Source: Candidatus Poriferihabitaceae bacterium (GTDB lineage: Bacteria > Pseudomonadota > Gammaproteobacteria > Arenicellales > Poriferihabitantaceae). From it: a stretch of 64,000 nucleotides of DNA. Location: the NCBI GenBank assembly GCA_965214055.1, contig OZ243931.1, positions 2,607,380 through 2,671,379 on the forward strand, read 5' to 3'. A program made the position numbers and the translations under genes. Positions 1 to 10,128 of the stretch are shown one piece after another. The notes below the pieces were generated by a model. It did no database searches. It had not been told where the DNA came from and saw only the letters and a list, made by a program, of their open reading frames with translations. Each line of letters starts with the position of its first letter. Position 1 is the stretch's first letter.

Positions 1-74
1 TTGAAAATCGATCTCCTTTTTTCTAATGCTTGAACACCGAATGTAATTACATTATGCTTACTTGAAATCGTTTA

Positions 75-347
75 ATGTACAAGGTCACGATCATGGCACA
101 CTTGGTGAAAATTGGTAATTCGCAGGGCATCAGAATCCCGAAACCACTTGTAGAACAAGCTCAGTTGGCAGGTACAGAGCTTACATTACAGGTAGTCGAC
201 AACGGACTCCTGGTCACTCCCAACAAAAGGGCAAGGGAAGGCTGGAAAGAATCCATTGAGGCGGCAATAGCTGTACACGGTGTTGAGGCAATTGACAGTG
301 AATGGCTGGATGCAACCTTAACATCCGATGAAGAATTCGAATGGTAA
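75..347 (+). CDS. mazE: Type II antitoxin, AbrB/MazE/SpoVT-fold DNA-binding protein
   Basis: 90-aa ORF with the 'VKIGNSQGIRIPKPL' AbrB/MazE swapped-hairpin signature. It overlaps the downstream PemK/MazF ORF by 7 nt. The true start may be the internal Met at 93. Confidence 0.85.
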   Translation: MYKVTIMAHLVKIGNSQGIRIPKPLVEQAQLAGTELTLQVVDNGLLVTPNKRAREGWKESIEAAIAVHGVEAIDSEWLDATLTSDEEFEW

Positions 348-670
348 TGCCGGATATTGCCCGCTTCGAGGTCTGGCTCGTAAAGCTTAATCCGACCCGG
401 GGCAGGGAAATCAGTAAAACAAGGCCATGTGTCGTAATTTCACCCGATGAAATGGCTGCATTATCCACTGTACTGGTAGCTCCGATGACAACAAAGAGTT
501 TTTATTTTCCAGGTCGAGTCATCTGTGAATTTCAAGGGAAGAAAGGGATGGTCCTCCTTGATCAAATCAGGGCGGTTGATAAATTACGGTTAGTAAAGAA
601 ATTGGGGGTTGTGGATGAGACCACTCAGAAGGAATCGTGCAGGTACCTCCAGGAATTATTTGCGTACTGA
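341..670 (+). CDS. mazF: Type II toxin, PemK/MazF-family endoribonuclease
   Basis: 109 aa. 'WLVKLNPTRGREISKTRPCVVISPD...VLVAPMTT' matches the MazF/PemK core. Coupled to the upstream AbrB-type antitoxin. Confidence 0.85.
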   Translation: MVMPDIARFEVWLVKLNPTRGREISKTRPCVVISPDEMAALSTVLVAPMTTKSFYFPGRVICEFQGKKGMVLLDQIRAVDKLRLVKKLGVVDETTQKESCRYLQELFAY

Positions 671-1378
671 ACCGCATATCCATAAGGACCCATGTGCAAA
701 ACAATTTCAAACCGGAGCGTAAATGACAGATTGCAAGGATAAAGCCGACCTTATCTAGGATGTGGCTGACCTCACCACGTGGCGGCTAAATTGCATAACC
801 ACATCAATGACTATTCGGTTTTGGCCCGGGAGATTATCGAGTATCTCAACTTTGATGACCAGATCGAGCGCATGGATGCTCCCAAAATTACAGCCGTGGG
901 GCTCCTTATGGGAACCTGATCCCCCTGACTCCTGGTCTTTCAAGGGTTTCCGGCAAGATTGGGTTCCCATAAAAATACTCCCTCCGTTTAGAAAATGAGT
1001 CAGACTCCTTGATCTTGTAATCACATCGGGAGTCTGAACATGACTATTCCAAAATCCGATAATTCGAATTGTGGAATATTTTTATTTTCCCATTCCCCAA
1101 TTGGGGGCAGGATCATCCGGTCAGGCACCGTGCACGGCAGCGGTGTGATCGGGTGTATACTCGCCCATAGACAGCCTGGTACGCCAATCTGTCGGTTTTC
1201 TGCCGATCCGTGTCAATGGGTCCGGCCCTGATGGGTCCGGGCGGAGGAATGGTGTATGGTTGAATGAAACCGCTACCCGGAGAAATTGGCCCATCATCGA
1301 CAACACATCTAGTGCAGTGATCCGGATTCTGTTCCGGTTGGGTCATCGTTTCGATACCGGTATTTCCCCGGGGACCCC

Positions 1379-3628
1379 GTGTGCGGGCACGCCTCCCGTT
1401 CCGTTGTGATGGCTGCTCCTGAATCCGGCCGGGAAGTGCTCGTGGGCGCCATCGAGCGGGTAACTTTCCACAGTCCGGAAAGCGGTTTTTGCGTGCTGTC
1501 TGTGAAGGCCCGGGGGCATCGGGATTTTGTCACCATCGTGGGGCATGCCGCGATGGTTTCGGCCGGGGAATGGGTGACAGCATCCGGAGAGTGGAACAAT
1601 GACCGGACCTATGGCCTGCAGTTTCGTGCTCGGTACCTGAAGATATCCGTCCCGTCCTCCCTGGACGGGATTGAGAAATATCTCGGTTCCGGCATGATCC
1701 GGGGGATCGGACCGGTGTATGCAAAGCGCATGGTCCAGCTGTTCGGCAAGGAGGTGTTTACGGTCATCGAAACCCATCCGAAGCGGTTGCGGAAGGTCGA
1801 GGGGATCGGGCCGAAACGGGCCAAAAGGATCACCTCGGCATGGGCCGACCAAAAAGTGGTCAGGGAGATCATGGTGTTCCTGCTCCAGTATGGCATCGGC
1901 ACGGCCCGGGCGGTACGTATCTTCAAGACCTATGGGGCCGATGCGGTACAGGTGATGAGTGAAAATCCCTATCGGCTGGCCCAGGATATCCGGGGGATCG
2001 GTTTTCGCACCGCGGATCTCATCGCCGGAAAGATGGGCATTGAAAAGACCGCCATGATCCGCCTGCGTGCCGGAATCTCCTACGCGTTGAGTGAAGCCAT
2101 GGGGAACGGCCATTGTGGTCTCCCGGTGGCAAAGATGACCACTCTTGGGGTAAAGCTTCTTGATGTGCCGGAAGCACTGGTGGCCTCTGCACTGGAACGG
2201 GAACTGGAAGCCGGGACCGTGATCGCTGACAGCGTGGCAGGAACTTCCTGCATCTTCCTGAGCGGGCTTCATTATGCCGAACAGGCGGTGGCCGGGCACC
2301 TGCAGCGGCTCCTCGACGGCCCTTTGCCGTGGGCAGGGATCAATGCCGACAAGGCACTTCCCTGGGTCGGGACCCGTATAGGACTCACCCTGGCGGGCCG
2401 CCAGGAGGAGGCAGTGCGGCAGGCGTTGTGCTCGAAGGCCATGGTCATTACCGGAGGTCCGGGGGTTGGCAAAACGACCATCGTCAACGCGATCCTGCAG
2501 ATTCTCCTGGCGAAAGAGGTAAAGATGCTGCTGTGTGCGCCCACGGGACGGGCTGCCAAGCGCCTGTCAGAGTCCGCCGGCATGGAAGCCAGGACCATCC
2601 ACCGGTTGCTGGAATTTGATCCGAAATCATTCGGTTTCCGACGCAAGGAAGACCACCCCCTGGACTGTGACCTTCTCGTCATGGATGAAAGCTCAATGGT
2701 GGATGTCACACTCATGCTGTCCCTGCTCAAGGCCATCCCGGGGTCGGCTGCCCTGCTGGTCATCGGCGATGTCGATCAGTTGCCCTCGGTGGGACCAGGC
2801 CAGGTGCTCGCCGATATTATCAAGTCGGGTGTCATGCCCGTGGTGCGCCTGACGGAAGTCTTCCGGCAGGCGGCCCAAAGTCGCATTGTCGCCAATGCTC
2901 ACCGGATCAATGCCGGCAGACTCCCTGAACTCAAGGCAGTGGACAGTGAAAGCGATTTCTATTTCGTGCCCGCCGAGAACGCGGAGCAGGCGGCAGAACG
3001 GGTTCTTGCCATCGTTTGCTCCCGTATTCCCCGGCGATTTGGCTTTGATCCCATCCGGGAAATCCAGGTGCTCTGTCCCATGAACCGGGGCGGAGCGGGT
3101 GCCCGGTCCCTGAACATTGAGTTACAGGCGGCACTGAATCCTGCCGGGGAAAACAAGGTGGAACGCTTCGGCTGGACGTTTGCTCCGGGAGACAAGGTCA
3201 TGCAGGTGGAGAATGACTATGACAAGGAAGTCTACAATGGAGACATCGGATTTGTGGAGCACGTGGAGGTCGAAGAGGGAGAACTCCGTGTTCGGTTCGA
3301 TGGCCGGTGCGTCGTCTATGGCTTCGGGGAACTGGACATGCTGGTTCCCGCCTATGCGGCGACGATTCACAAGAGCCAGGGGTCGGAATACCCAGCGGTG
3401 GTGATTGTCGTACTGAACCAGCACTATGCCATGCTTCAGCGTAATCTGCTCTACACCGGGATTACCCGGGGCAAGCGGCTTGTCGTTCTCGTCGGCCAGC
3501 ACAAGGCCGTTGGGATTGCAGTGAGAAATGTTTCCGGACGGCTTCGCTGGTCAAAACTGGATGAATGGCTGGTCGAGGGACTGACGGCCCCCGCATGCCC
3601 CACACTCCGTGAAACGCATCCTGCATGA
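1379..3628 (+). CDS. recD2: RecD2-type SF1B DNA helicase (RecD-like, stand-alone)
   Basis: 749 aa. N-terminal 'ERVTFHSPESGFCVL' OB-like region, HhH segment, Walker A 'GGPGVGKTT', 'LLVMDESSMVD' and C-terminal 'ATIHKSQGSEYPAVV'. Start is uncertain; Met at 1409 is possible. Confidence 0.9.
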   Translation: MCGHASRSVVMAAPESGREVLVGAIERVTFHSPESGFCVLSVKARGHRDFVTIVGHAAMVSAGEWVTASGEWNNDRTYGLQFRARYLKISVPSSLDGIEKYLGSGMIRGIGPVYAKRMVQLFGKEVFTVIETHPKRLRKVEGIGPKRAKRITSAWADQKVVREIMVFLLQYGIGTARAVRIFKTYGADAVQVMSENPYRLAQDIRGIGFRTADLIAGKMGIEKTAMIRLRAGISYALSEAMGNGHCGLPVAKMTTLGVKLLDVPEALVASALERELEAGTVIADSVAGTSCIFLSGLHYAEQAVAGHLQRLLDGPLPWAGINADKALPWVGTRIGLTLAGRQEEAVRQALCSKAMVITGGPGVGKTTIVNAILQILLAKEVKMLLCAPTGRAAKRLSESAGMEARTIHRLLEFDPKSFGFRRKEDHPLDCDLLVMDESSMVDVTLMLSLLKAIPGSAALLVIGDVDQLPSVGPGQVLADIIKSGVMPVVRLTEVFRQAAQSRIVANAHRINAGRLPELKAVDSESDFYFVPAENAEQAAERVLAIVCSRIPRRFGFDPIREIQVLCPMNRGGAGARSLNIELQAALNPAGENKVERFGWTFAPGDKVMQVENDYDKEVYNGDIGFVEHVEVEEGELRVRFDGRCVVYGFGELDMLVPAYAATIHKSQGSEYPAVVIVVLNQHYAMLQRNLLYTGITRGKRLVVLVGQHKAVGIAVRNVSGRLRWSKLDEWLVEGLTAPACPTLRETHPA

Positions 3629-3789
3629 TTTCGTATCCGGAGGATGTCGGTTACCGGTCCGGTTGCGCTGTCCGCCAACTGTCCCGCAGTCGTCGGTATC
3701 GAGAGGACGCAACGAAACCCTTCTTGCGGCTGGATGACCGCTGAACGCCGGCATCCCCGCCTGCAGCGAGGCAAAGAGCAGTGCGACGG

Positions 3790-6700
3790 TCAGGTTGGGG
3801 TGCCCAGAGCTTCCGGTGCTCCGGTGCGTGCCAGCCAGCCCCGGGTGTTTTCATAGATCATCAGTAAGCACGGCAGCAGGAACAGCACCAGGACAGTCGC
3901 AAAGGCCAGGCCAAATGCCATGCTGATGGCCATGGGAATGAGAAACTGGGCCTGGAGGGATTTCTCAAACAGCAGCGGCAGCAACCCCGCGATGGTGGTT
4001 AACGATGTGAGGATGACCGCCCGAAAACGCATGCAGGTGGCCTGGACAATGGCATCGCGGGACTGGACGCCCTGGGCGCGCAACTGCTTGTAAAACACAA
4101 TCAGGATAATGGAATCATTGACGACAATGCCGGACAAACCGAAAAAACCGAATAACGACAGGACAGTCAGGTCCAGTCCCATGACGACATGCCCCCAGAT
4201 CGCTCCAACGATACCGAACGGAATAATCGTTAACACCAGCAGTGGCCAGCCGTAAGAACCAAATACCCAAGCCAGCACCAGGTACATCAGGCACAACGCC
4301 AGACCCAGCCCCAGTTGCATGTCCTCCAGGGTTTCGCGCTCCTCGGCCTGGCGTCCTTCGAAAGAAAGCCGCACACTGTACTGGTCCGACAGGGTTGGCA
4401 GGGTATCCCGCTCCAACTCTGCCCGGACTTCGTTGGTATTGTTCACGGCAGGGTCGACATTGCCCACTACGGTAATGGCCAGCTTGCCGCCATCGTGCCG
4501 GATCGATTCAAAGCCTCTTTGCAATCGGACATGGGCCAGATTTTGAATGGGTGCTGACCGTCCGCTGGGAAGCATGATATCCAGCGTTGCCAGGCTGCCA
4601 ATGATATTCCGCTCCCGGTCAGGGAGTCGCAGGGTGACGTCGATGTCGTCAAAGCCATCCGACAACTCCTGTACGTTATACCCGTCATACGCCGCCCGCA
4701 ACTGGCGGGAAACATTGTCAACGCTCAGGCCCAGTACCTTCGCCGTTGGCGTCAGTTCCAGCACCATTTGTTCCCGGCCATAGGGGGAGTCATCCCCGAT
4801 TCCGGAGACCCCGGGTATATTGTGGAGTACATCCTGCAAGGCGATGGAGGCGGACTTCACCTGGTTGATATCTTCTCCGGTGATGCTGATTTCTATATCC
4901 TGGCCCGGGGGACCTGCCTTGGGTTCAAGAATGGACAGGTTTTCGATCTCGGGCACACGCGGCAGACGCTCTTTCCACGTCTGGATGATCGTACTGTTCC
5001 GGGTTTGTCGCTGGTCCGGGTCCCGCAATTCAACGCCGATGACACCGAAGTGGTCCCCCCGGCTCTTTATTTCTCCTTGCTGGATCCCATGACGGGACAG
5101 GACCAGATTGATGAAATCCTCGGACAGGTCCTGTTCGACTTCGTACAGGGTTTCTTCCATGACCTGCAGGTATGCCTTCACTTTATGTGCCGGGGTGCCC
5201 GAGACAAAGGCAACGTTGGCAAACAGCCGATCGGCCTCGGCGATGGGGAAAAACTGAAATCCGATGCGGCCGCTGGACAGGAATCCAACGGTGATGATCA
5301 GCAGTGCCGTGGACAGTGCCAGCGTGCTCCATCTGAACGAGATGGCTGCGGAAACGGCATTGTGAAACGGGCCATCGCGAAAGCGGTCAAACCCGCGGTT
5401 GAAGGCCACCCGCCACCGCGCAGGCTGGGTCTGCATTAACCGGCGAAACGAGTGCGTCAGGTGCCCGGGGAGGATCAGGAAACACTCAACCAAAGACGCA
5501 ATGATGACGCAGATCACGACCAGGGGAATGGATTGCATGATTGTGCCAATGGTCCCTCCGACCAGTAACAATGGCATGAATACGGCAATGGTGCTCAGTG
5601 AAGAGGAAAAAACCGGTCCCAGCATGCGCCGGGCTGAGCGTTCCGGGGCATTCACCGGGTCTTCACCGGTTCCGAACTGCGCCACGGCCTCTTCGCCCAC
5701 CACGATCGCGTCATCGACGATAATGCCGAGGGTCATGATCAACGCAAAAAGAGTGATCATGTTGATGGATCCCCCAACCAGATACAGTGCCGCCAGGGCG
5801 GCCATGAATGAGACCGGGATACCCACCGCAATCCACCAGGCAACCCGGGCATTCATAAAAAGAAACAGGATCAACACGACCAGCAATAACCCGCTAAGGC
5901 CGTTCTTTACCAGCAGTGAAATACGGCCCTGCAACAGTTGCCATTGCTCGTCGTAAACGATCAGTTCCACCCCATAGGGCACGTTGGGATGCGTTTCGTC
6001 CAGCCATTCGTGAAATGTTTTTGCCGCCTTCAGGCTGTCGCTGGACTCGGTTCGGTACAGGATCAGTTCGATGGCCGGTTCCCCCTCATGCTGGATGGAA
6101 ACCTGGCCATCCCGGGGTTTTCGGGAGATGTCCGCGATATCCCCCAGGGTGATCAGTCGGCCCTGCTCCTCGGCAACCACGGGCACACTGGCGAAGGAAA
6201 ACGCATCTTCACGTCGCTCATCAAAACGAAGCTGACGTGAAGTTTCATTCTGTCCAATCACCCCCATGGGGGAATTGCGCGACCACGAAGCGACCCGGCG
6301 ACCGACCTCATCCAGAGAAAGACCCAGTTCACGCAATCGAACCGAAGGAATTTCGATGGCAATCTGTTCTTTGGGAAGTCCGTTGATCTCGACTTTCGAA
6401 ATATCCCGGTTCAGCAATTCCGTCTCGAAACGATTGGCCAGATTGCGCAACTGGCTCAAATCGGTGGGACCCGTTATCAGCAGGCTCGCCACCCGTTCAT
6501 ACAGTGCTGCCTTGGTGACCACGGGGCGATCAATATCCACCGGCAGATCCTGAACCTGGTCGACCTGTTGCTCCACCTGGCTCACAGCCAGCCCCATGTC
6601 CGTGCCGGAGAAAAATTCCAGAGTGATGAGACAGACCCCTTCTGCGGAGGTTGAGGTCATCTTTTTGACGTGGTCAATGTTACGCAATGACTGCTCCAGC

Positions 6701-6927
6701 GGCAGGGTGATCAGGTCTTCGACGTCTTCGGCACTGGCGCCACTCCAGGTGATCTCCACCGTGACATTTTCAATTTTGAAGGTGGGGAAAAACTGGGTAT
6801 TGAGCTGTTGGATTCCCCATACGCCCGCCAGCAGCATCATGGCCATCAGCAGGTTTGCGGCCACCGGGTGACGGCTGAACAGGCCGATCAGATTGGATTG
6901 TTCGGGCACACGTAAGGCATCGTTCAT
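3790..6927 (-). CDS. RND efflux transporter permease (AcrB/HAE family)
   Basis: 1045 aa with two blocks of hydrophobic helices flanking large periplasmic loops. 'GIIVDDAIVVGE' is a TM4-type proton-relay motif. 4-nt overlap with the upstream adaptor gene. Confidence 0.9.
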   Translation of the reverse strand: MNDALRVPEQSNLIGLFSRHPVAANLLMAMMLLAGVWGIQQLNTQFFPTFKIENVTVEITWSGASAEDVEDLITLPLEQSLRNIDHVKKMTSTSAEGVCLITLEFFSGTDMGLAVSQVEQQVDQVQDLPVDIDRPVVTKAALYERVASLLITGPTDLSQLRNLANRFETELLNRDISKVEINGLPKEQIAIEIPSVRLRELGLSLDEVGRRVASWSRNSPMGVIGQNETSRQLRFDERREDAFSFASVPVVAEEQGRLITLGDIADISRKPRDGQVSIQHEGEPAIELILYRTESSDSLKAAKTFHEWLDETHPNVPYGVELIVYDEQWQLLQGRISLLVKNGLSGLLLVVLILFLFMNARVAWWIAVGIPVSFMAALAALYLVGGSINMITLFALIMTLGIIVDDAIVVGEEAVAQFGTGEDPVNAPERSARRMLGPVFSSSLSTIAVFMPLLLVGGTIGTIMQSIPLVVICVIIASLVECFLILPGHLTHSFRRLMQTQPARWRVAFNRGFDRFRDGPFHNAVSAAISFRWSTLALSTALLIITVGFLSSGRIGFQFFPIAEADRLFANVAFVSGTPAHKVKAYLQVMEETLYEVEQDLSEDFINLVLSRHGIQQGEIKSRGDHFGVIGVELRDPDQRQTRNSTIIQTWKERLPRVPEIENLSILEPKAGPPGQDIEISITGEDINQVKSASIALQDVLHNIPGVSGIGDDSPYGREQMVLELTPTAKVLGLSVDNVSRQLRAAYDGYNVQELSDGFDDIDVTLRLPDRERNIIGSLATLDIMLPSGRSAPIQNLAHVRLQRGFESIRHDGGKLAITVVGNVDPAVNNTNEVRAELERDTLPTLSDQYSVRLSFEGRQAEERETLEDMQLGLGLALCLMYLVLAWVFGSYGWPLLVLTIIPFGIVGAIWGHVVMGLDLTVLSLFGFFGLSGIVVNDSIILIVFYKQLRAQGVQSRDAIVQATCMRFRAVILTSLTTIAGLLPLLFEKSLQAQFLIPMAISMAFGLAFATVLVLFLLPCLLMIYENTRGWLARTGAPEALGTPT

Positions 6928-8156
6928 TGGGCTTCAAATCCGTCAACGTCCACTTCCAGCCCATCAATTGCCAGGGGCAACCGTGATTGCAGAATCAGTT
7001 CGCCGTTCTGGAAATCGGTTCCGTCCAGCACCAGAAACGTTCCGGTTTCATCCTGCCGCCGGCCCAGGAGCGTGATTTTCCGGGAGTGCAGTTTTCCCTC
7101 TTTGATCAGGTAAACCTGGCGGTTTCCATACAGCGCATTGAGCTTGACCAGGACCGCATTGTCGATCTTCGGCAGGGACAACTGCAAGGAGACGGTACGG
7201 CCCAGTTCCGGCAACGGTTGTTCGCTGCGAAAAAAGGCATCGACACCTCCCTGACCCTCGGCAACACTGGAGGACAGTCGGTCCAGGGTCAGGGGGATGC
7301 CGCTTTCAAGGGTGCGGGCCTGTATGCGCTGGTTGCTTTCCAGTGCTGTGCGAAGAGGCCGGATATGCTGACTGGGCACCTGGGTGCGGATTTCAAGCTG
7401 TTGGTCATCGTAAAGCCTGACCAGCGACCCGCCCCGCGCCCGTCTGTCACCCGGGGAGACCATCACCTCCACGATTCGCCCGGAAAATGGAGCCACAACA
7501 CGGCTGCGTCCGATGTCCAGCTGTGTGCGACGCAAGGCGGCCCGGGCCTTGTCCAGTCGCGCATTCCACAATTTCTGCCTGAAAGAAAAATCCGCGATCG
7601 ATTGATGACGCTGGGTAATTGCGAGCTGCTGTCGTTGTTTGTTTTTCAGCGCGGCATCCATCGCTGCCTGGCTGCCCGCCGCAGACTGCACCAGAGTACG
7701 GGCGCGGGCGACCTCCTTGTCGATAATGGCCAACAACGCCTTTTCAATGTCCAACGCATGTTGATCGGCAGCATGGCGTATGTCATCGCTGTTGATCTGG
7801 GCTTCAATTTCCGCCACCTCGGCCCGACGTTGCACCAGTTCGAGTTCGCTGTCCCGGCGGTCCATCGCAATCAGCAACTGCCCCTTTTTCACGGAATGGC
7901 CCTCCAATACCAATACCTGGTGAACATCCGCTTCGATGCTGGCCGTCAAGGTGCTCAGGTTCGGGGTTTCCACCTGTCCGTACAGGGTCAGTGTCGGCGA
8001 GATCGTCTGTTTTTCAATCACCCCGGCAGCAACCACCGGGGTACGCACCGTCCTTTCCAGTTGTTCCGGGCTTTTTGCGCTGGAGATGAGATACATGAAG
8101 CCGCCAGCACCCAGTCCCAGAATCAGTAACGGTAAAATGAACTTTACAATTTTCAC
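6924..8156 (-). CDS. RND efflux periplasmic adaptor (HlyD/MFP family)
   Basis: 410 aa with an N-terminal membrane anchor, a long coiled-coil hairpin region ('ELELVQRRAEVAEIEAQ...') and beta-barrel-like C-terminal part. Operon partner of the permease. No outer-membrane factor gene is adjacent. Confidence 0.8.
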   Translation of the reverse strand: MKIVKFILPLLILGLGAGGFMYLISSAKSPEQLERTVRTPVVAAGVIEKQTISPTLTLYGQVETPNLSTLTASIEADVHQVLVLEGHSVKKGQLLIAMDRRDSELELVQRRAEVAEIEAQINSDDIRHAADQHALDIEKALLAIIDKEVARARTLVQSAAGSQAAMDAALKNKQRQQLAITQRHQSIADFSFRQKLWNARLDKARAALRRTQLDIGRSRVVAPFSGRIVEVMVSPGDRRARGGSLVRLYDDQQLEIRTQVPSQHIRPLRTALESNQRIQARTLESGIPLTLDRLSSSVAEGQGGVDAFFRSEQPLPELGRTVSLQLSLPKIDNAVLVKLNALYGNRQVYLIKEGKLHSRKITLLGRRQDETGTFLVLDGTDFQNGELILQSRLPLAIDGLEVDVDGFEAQ

Positions 8157-8468
8157 GGCGTATCAACGGTCCGTCATAAAAAAGGAAGAAGGAGTATATC
8201 GGATACAGGGAACACCCCGTCGGTGGAAACCCTCCCTGGAGGGAGCTGTTCAGTCCACGAAAGGACATTCGGTTCTGCACAGATAGAATGTTTTTCCTGC
8301 ACGTTCATCAGGCAGTCGATTGTACAGGTACCGGGTTCATGAGTCAGTTGGATTCACCCCGGTTCCATCGTTTCATAACATCTGGTGAGTTGGCCGGATC
8401 GCATCACGAGTGCCTGCAATCATGGTTATCCGAAGGATAGTACGGCGGGTTGAAATACCTGTCAAATC

Positions 8469-8512
8469 GAACGGTTGAAGTTTGTTAGAAGCAAATAGAA
8501 CGGTTGAAGTTT
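8469..8512. repeat. Two identical 15-bp direct repeats (GAACGGTTGAAGTTT) 29 bp apart, flanked by GTCAAA
   Basis: Read directly: copies at 8469-8483 and 8498-8512, with GTCAAA at 8461-8466 and 8515-8520. Confidence 0.7.
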
Positions 8513-8525
8513 TGGTCAAACAGCT

Positions 8526-8687
8526 CTATCCCGATACGAACGTGAGAAAGATTTCAATCTGCATCATGAGCGCGTGGTATATCTTCTCCTTCAGGACATG
8601 GGACCCCGCTTTCCGATAACCTCCCCCCTGTGCCTCATCGAAGACTTCGGCCATTTTGACCATAAGTTCGACCTGATTTTCCAACAT
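8526..8687 (-). CDS. Small hypothetical ORF (53 aa), possible gene fragment
   Basis: ORF below the track cutoff: 'MLENQVELMVKMAEVFDEAQGGGYRKAGSHVLKEKIYHAL...'. It contains an R-x4-H spacing reminiscent of HEPN, but no firm family assignment. Confidence 0.2.
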   Translation of the reverse strand: MLENQVELMVKMAEVFDEAQGGGYRKAGSHVLKEKIYHALMMQIEIFLTFVSG

Positions 8688-8798
8688 TCTGGGCCATAGA
8701 GGCAACTTCCCGGGGTGGTAAACCTAAGGATTGAGATTTTATCGGTTGGGGTTGGTTTTTGATGCGCCAATACAAATCAGAAAATACTGGCCCAAAGG

Positions 8799-9308
8799 CT
8801 ATAGTCCGAGATTCACAAAGGTTTGTAGTGGCAAAAAGAGGCGGCGCGACCAGGACAGGAAAGGCTTGAATCCGTAATGCTCGTAAAAAGCACTGGCTCG
8901 ATCGCTCTTGGCTTCGACGACGACCGCGTAGACTCCTAGCGTGTTGCTCACACGCACGACGCGGTGGATGGCGTCGAGCAACAAATTCTCGCCGAGACCT
9001 CGGCCCTGGTATCCATGAGCAACGGCAAGCCGCCCAATCAGTGCCACTGGTACAGGATAGTGCGGTAACCGCTTGACCAGTGCTGCCGACAGATCGCCCT
9101 TTTCAAAACTCGCCGCGCTCAAGGTGTAATAGCCAAGTATTTCTCCGGGCTGTTCAGCAACCGCGACGTAGACCTGTGCAATGCGTCGCAGGGCATCCTG
9201 CGAGGCTTGACGGTGGAGATAGGCATTGAGAGCAGGCTCTCCACAGGAAAAGGCGGTGCGGTCGTGATGCGAGCCGAGGAGCTCGATCAGGAACGGCGAT
9301 TCATTCAC
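8799..9308 (-). CDS. GNAT-family acetyltransferase toxin (TacT/AtaT-like)
   Basis: 169 aa. 'FSCGEPALNAYL...', 'LIGRLAVAHGYQGRGLGENLLLDAI' and 'ASAFYEHYGF' GNAT motifs. 8-nt overlap with the upstream DUF1778 gene. Confidence 0.85.
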   Translation of the reverse strand: MNESPFLIELLGSHHDRTAFSCGEPALNAYLHRQASQDALRRIAQVYVAVAEQPGEILGYYTLSAASFEKGDLSAALVKRLPHYPVPVALIGRLAVAHGYQGRGLGENLLLDAIHRVVRVSNTLGVYAVVVEAKSDRASAFYEHYGFKPFLSWSRRLFLPLQTFVNLGL

Positions 9309-9606
9309 CCATGCGCTCGCGGTAGCGGTGGGCGGCGCGTCTCAGAGCGGCATTCGGGGTAGGTGGGTTGAGCAATGCCTCGTGGAAGGCATCCCAGTCG
9401 GTTGCCGACAACACGATCCGCTCGCGGGCCTCAATGACCCGCTCGGCCGCGGCAACGGCGTTGCTCAGCACGAACCGGCTGATGGTGGTTTCTTCGTAGG
9501 CGGCTGCCCGTTCCAGCTTGTACTTGCTTTGGATGTCGAGGCGAAGGTGCATGCGCTGGTGTTTTAATTTGGTTGCTTCGGCCACTGTCTTCTCTTCCGT
9601 TTCCAT
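9301..9606 (-). CDS. DUF1778 (TacA-like, RHH) antitoxin
   Basis: 101 aa. 'LRLDIQSKYKLERAAAYEETTISRFVLSNAVAAAERVIE' is typical of DUF1778 antitoxins paired with GNAT toxins. Confidence 0.85.
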   Translation of the reverse strand: METEEKTVAEATKLKHQRMHLRLDIQSKYKLERAAAYEETTISRFVLSNAVAAAERVIEARERIVLSATDWDAFHEALLNPPTPNAALRRAAHRYRERMGE

Positions 9607-9616
9607 GAATAACAGA

Positions 9617-9645
9617 AGTATGCGTCATTCTGGCGTACATTGCAA
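9617..9645 (-). promoter_or_regulatory. Putative sigma70-type promoter of the GNAT/DUF1778 operon
   Basis: On the minus strand: TTGCAA (9645-9640), a 17-nt spacer, then CATACT (9622-9617). This predicts a transcript start only ~4 nt before the ATG at 9606. An imperfect inverted repeat GTACGCC/CGCATAC lies in the spacer. Confidence 0.35.
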
Positions 9646-9764
9646 GAAAAATTACTCTTTCATATCATACGGATTATGTGTCGTTGGATTACACAACCCG
9701 GGTTCCCTCCCCGGAGCATCAGACAGACCATAGGATCAGTGAAATCCTAGAAGAACGTACTGTC

Positions 9765-10010
9765 TCAAGCCAAGGACAGAAAAACCCCGTGCCGTAAAAA
9801 GAAAAATGAGCAGTTATCCATTATGAAAACAGGAAACTCTGTCATGCCGCTCGTGGGTCTCAATGACCCGTTCGGCCGCGCGGCAACAGCGTTGCTCAGC
9901 ACGAACTGGCTGACGGCATTTCCTTCGTAGGCGGCTGCCTGTTCCAGCTTGTGCCTGCTTTGAGTCTTGAGATACCAATGGTTCTTCATTGGCTCTTTTC
10001 TTTCGCTCAC
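9765..10010 (-). pseudogene. Frameshifted partial second copy of the DUF1778 antitoxin gene, with no toxin partner
   Basis: DNA at 9847-9965 aligns by eye with 9418-9535 of the intact gene at high identity, with a 2-nt insertion (gccgcGCggcaac). The translation 'HKLEQAAAYEGNAVSQFVLSNAVAA' then goes out of frame. Confidence 0.75.
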
Positions 10011-10128
10011 GCAGAGTTATGTGTGGAGTGTTTGGGGGAATCCAAGTGTTGTTACTGTTATCGTATACCGAACGAAAGCAACCGACTGGTATCGATATGC
10101 TTTCGCAGATCATTGCCGAAGGTTCAAG

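Noticed and set aside
671-1378. ORFs in the 700-bp gap between mazF and recD2: 755-1024 (minus), 762-998 (plus), 1040-1231, and a 46-codon GTG ORF ending at ~920 ('AAKLHNHINDYSVLAREIIEYLNFDDQIERM...').
   Set aside because: They overlap one another, lack recognisable motifs and have poor start contexts. They may be gene remnants, but none can be supported as a feature.
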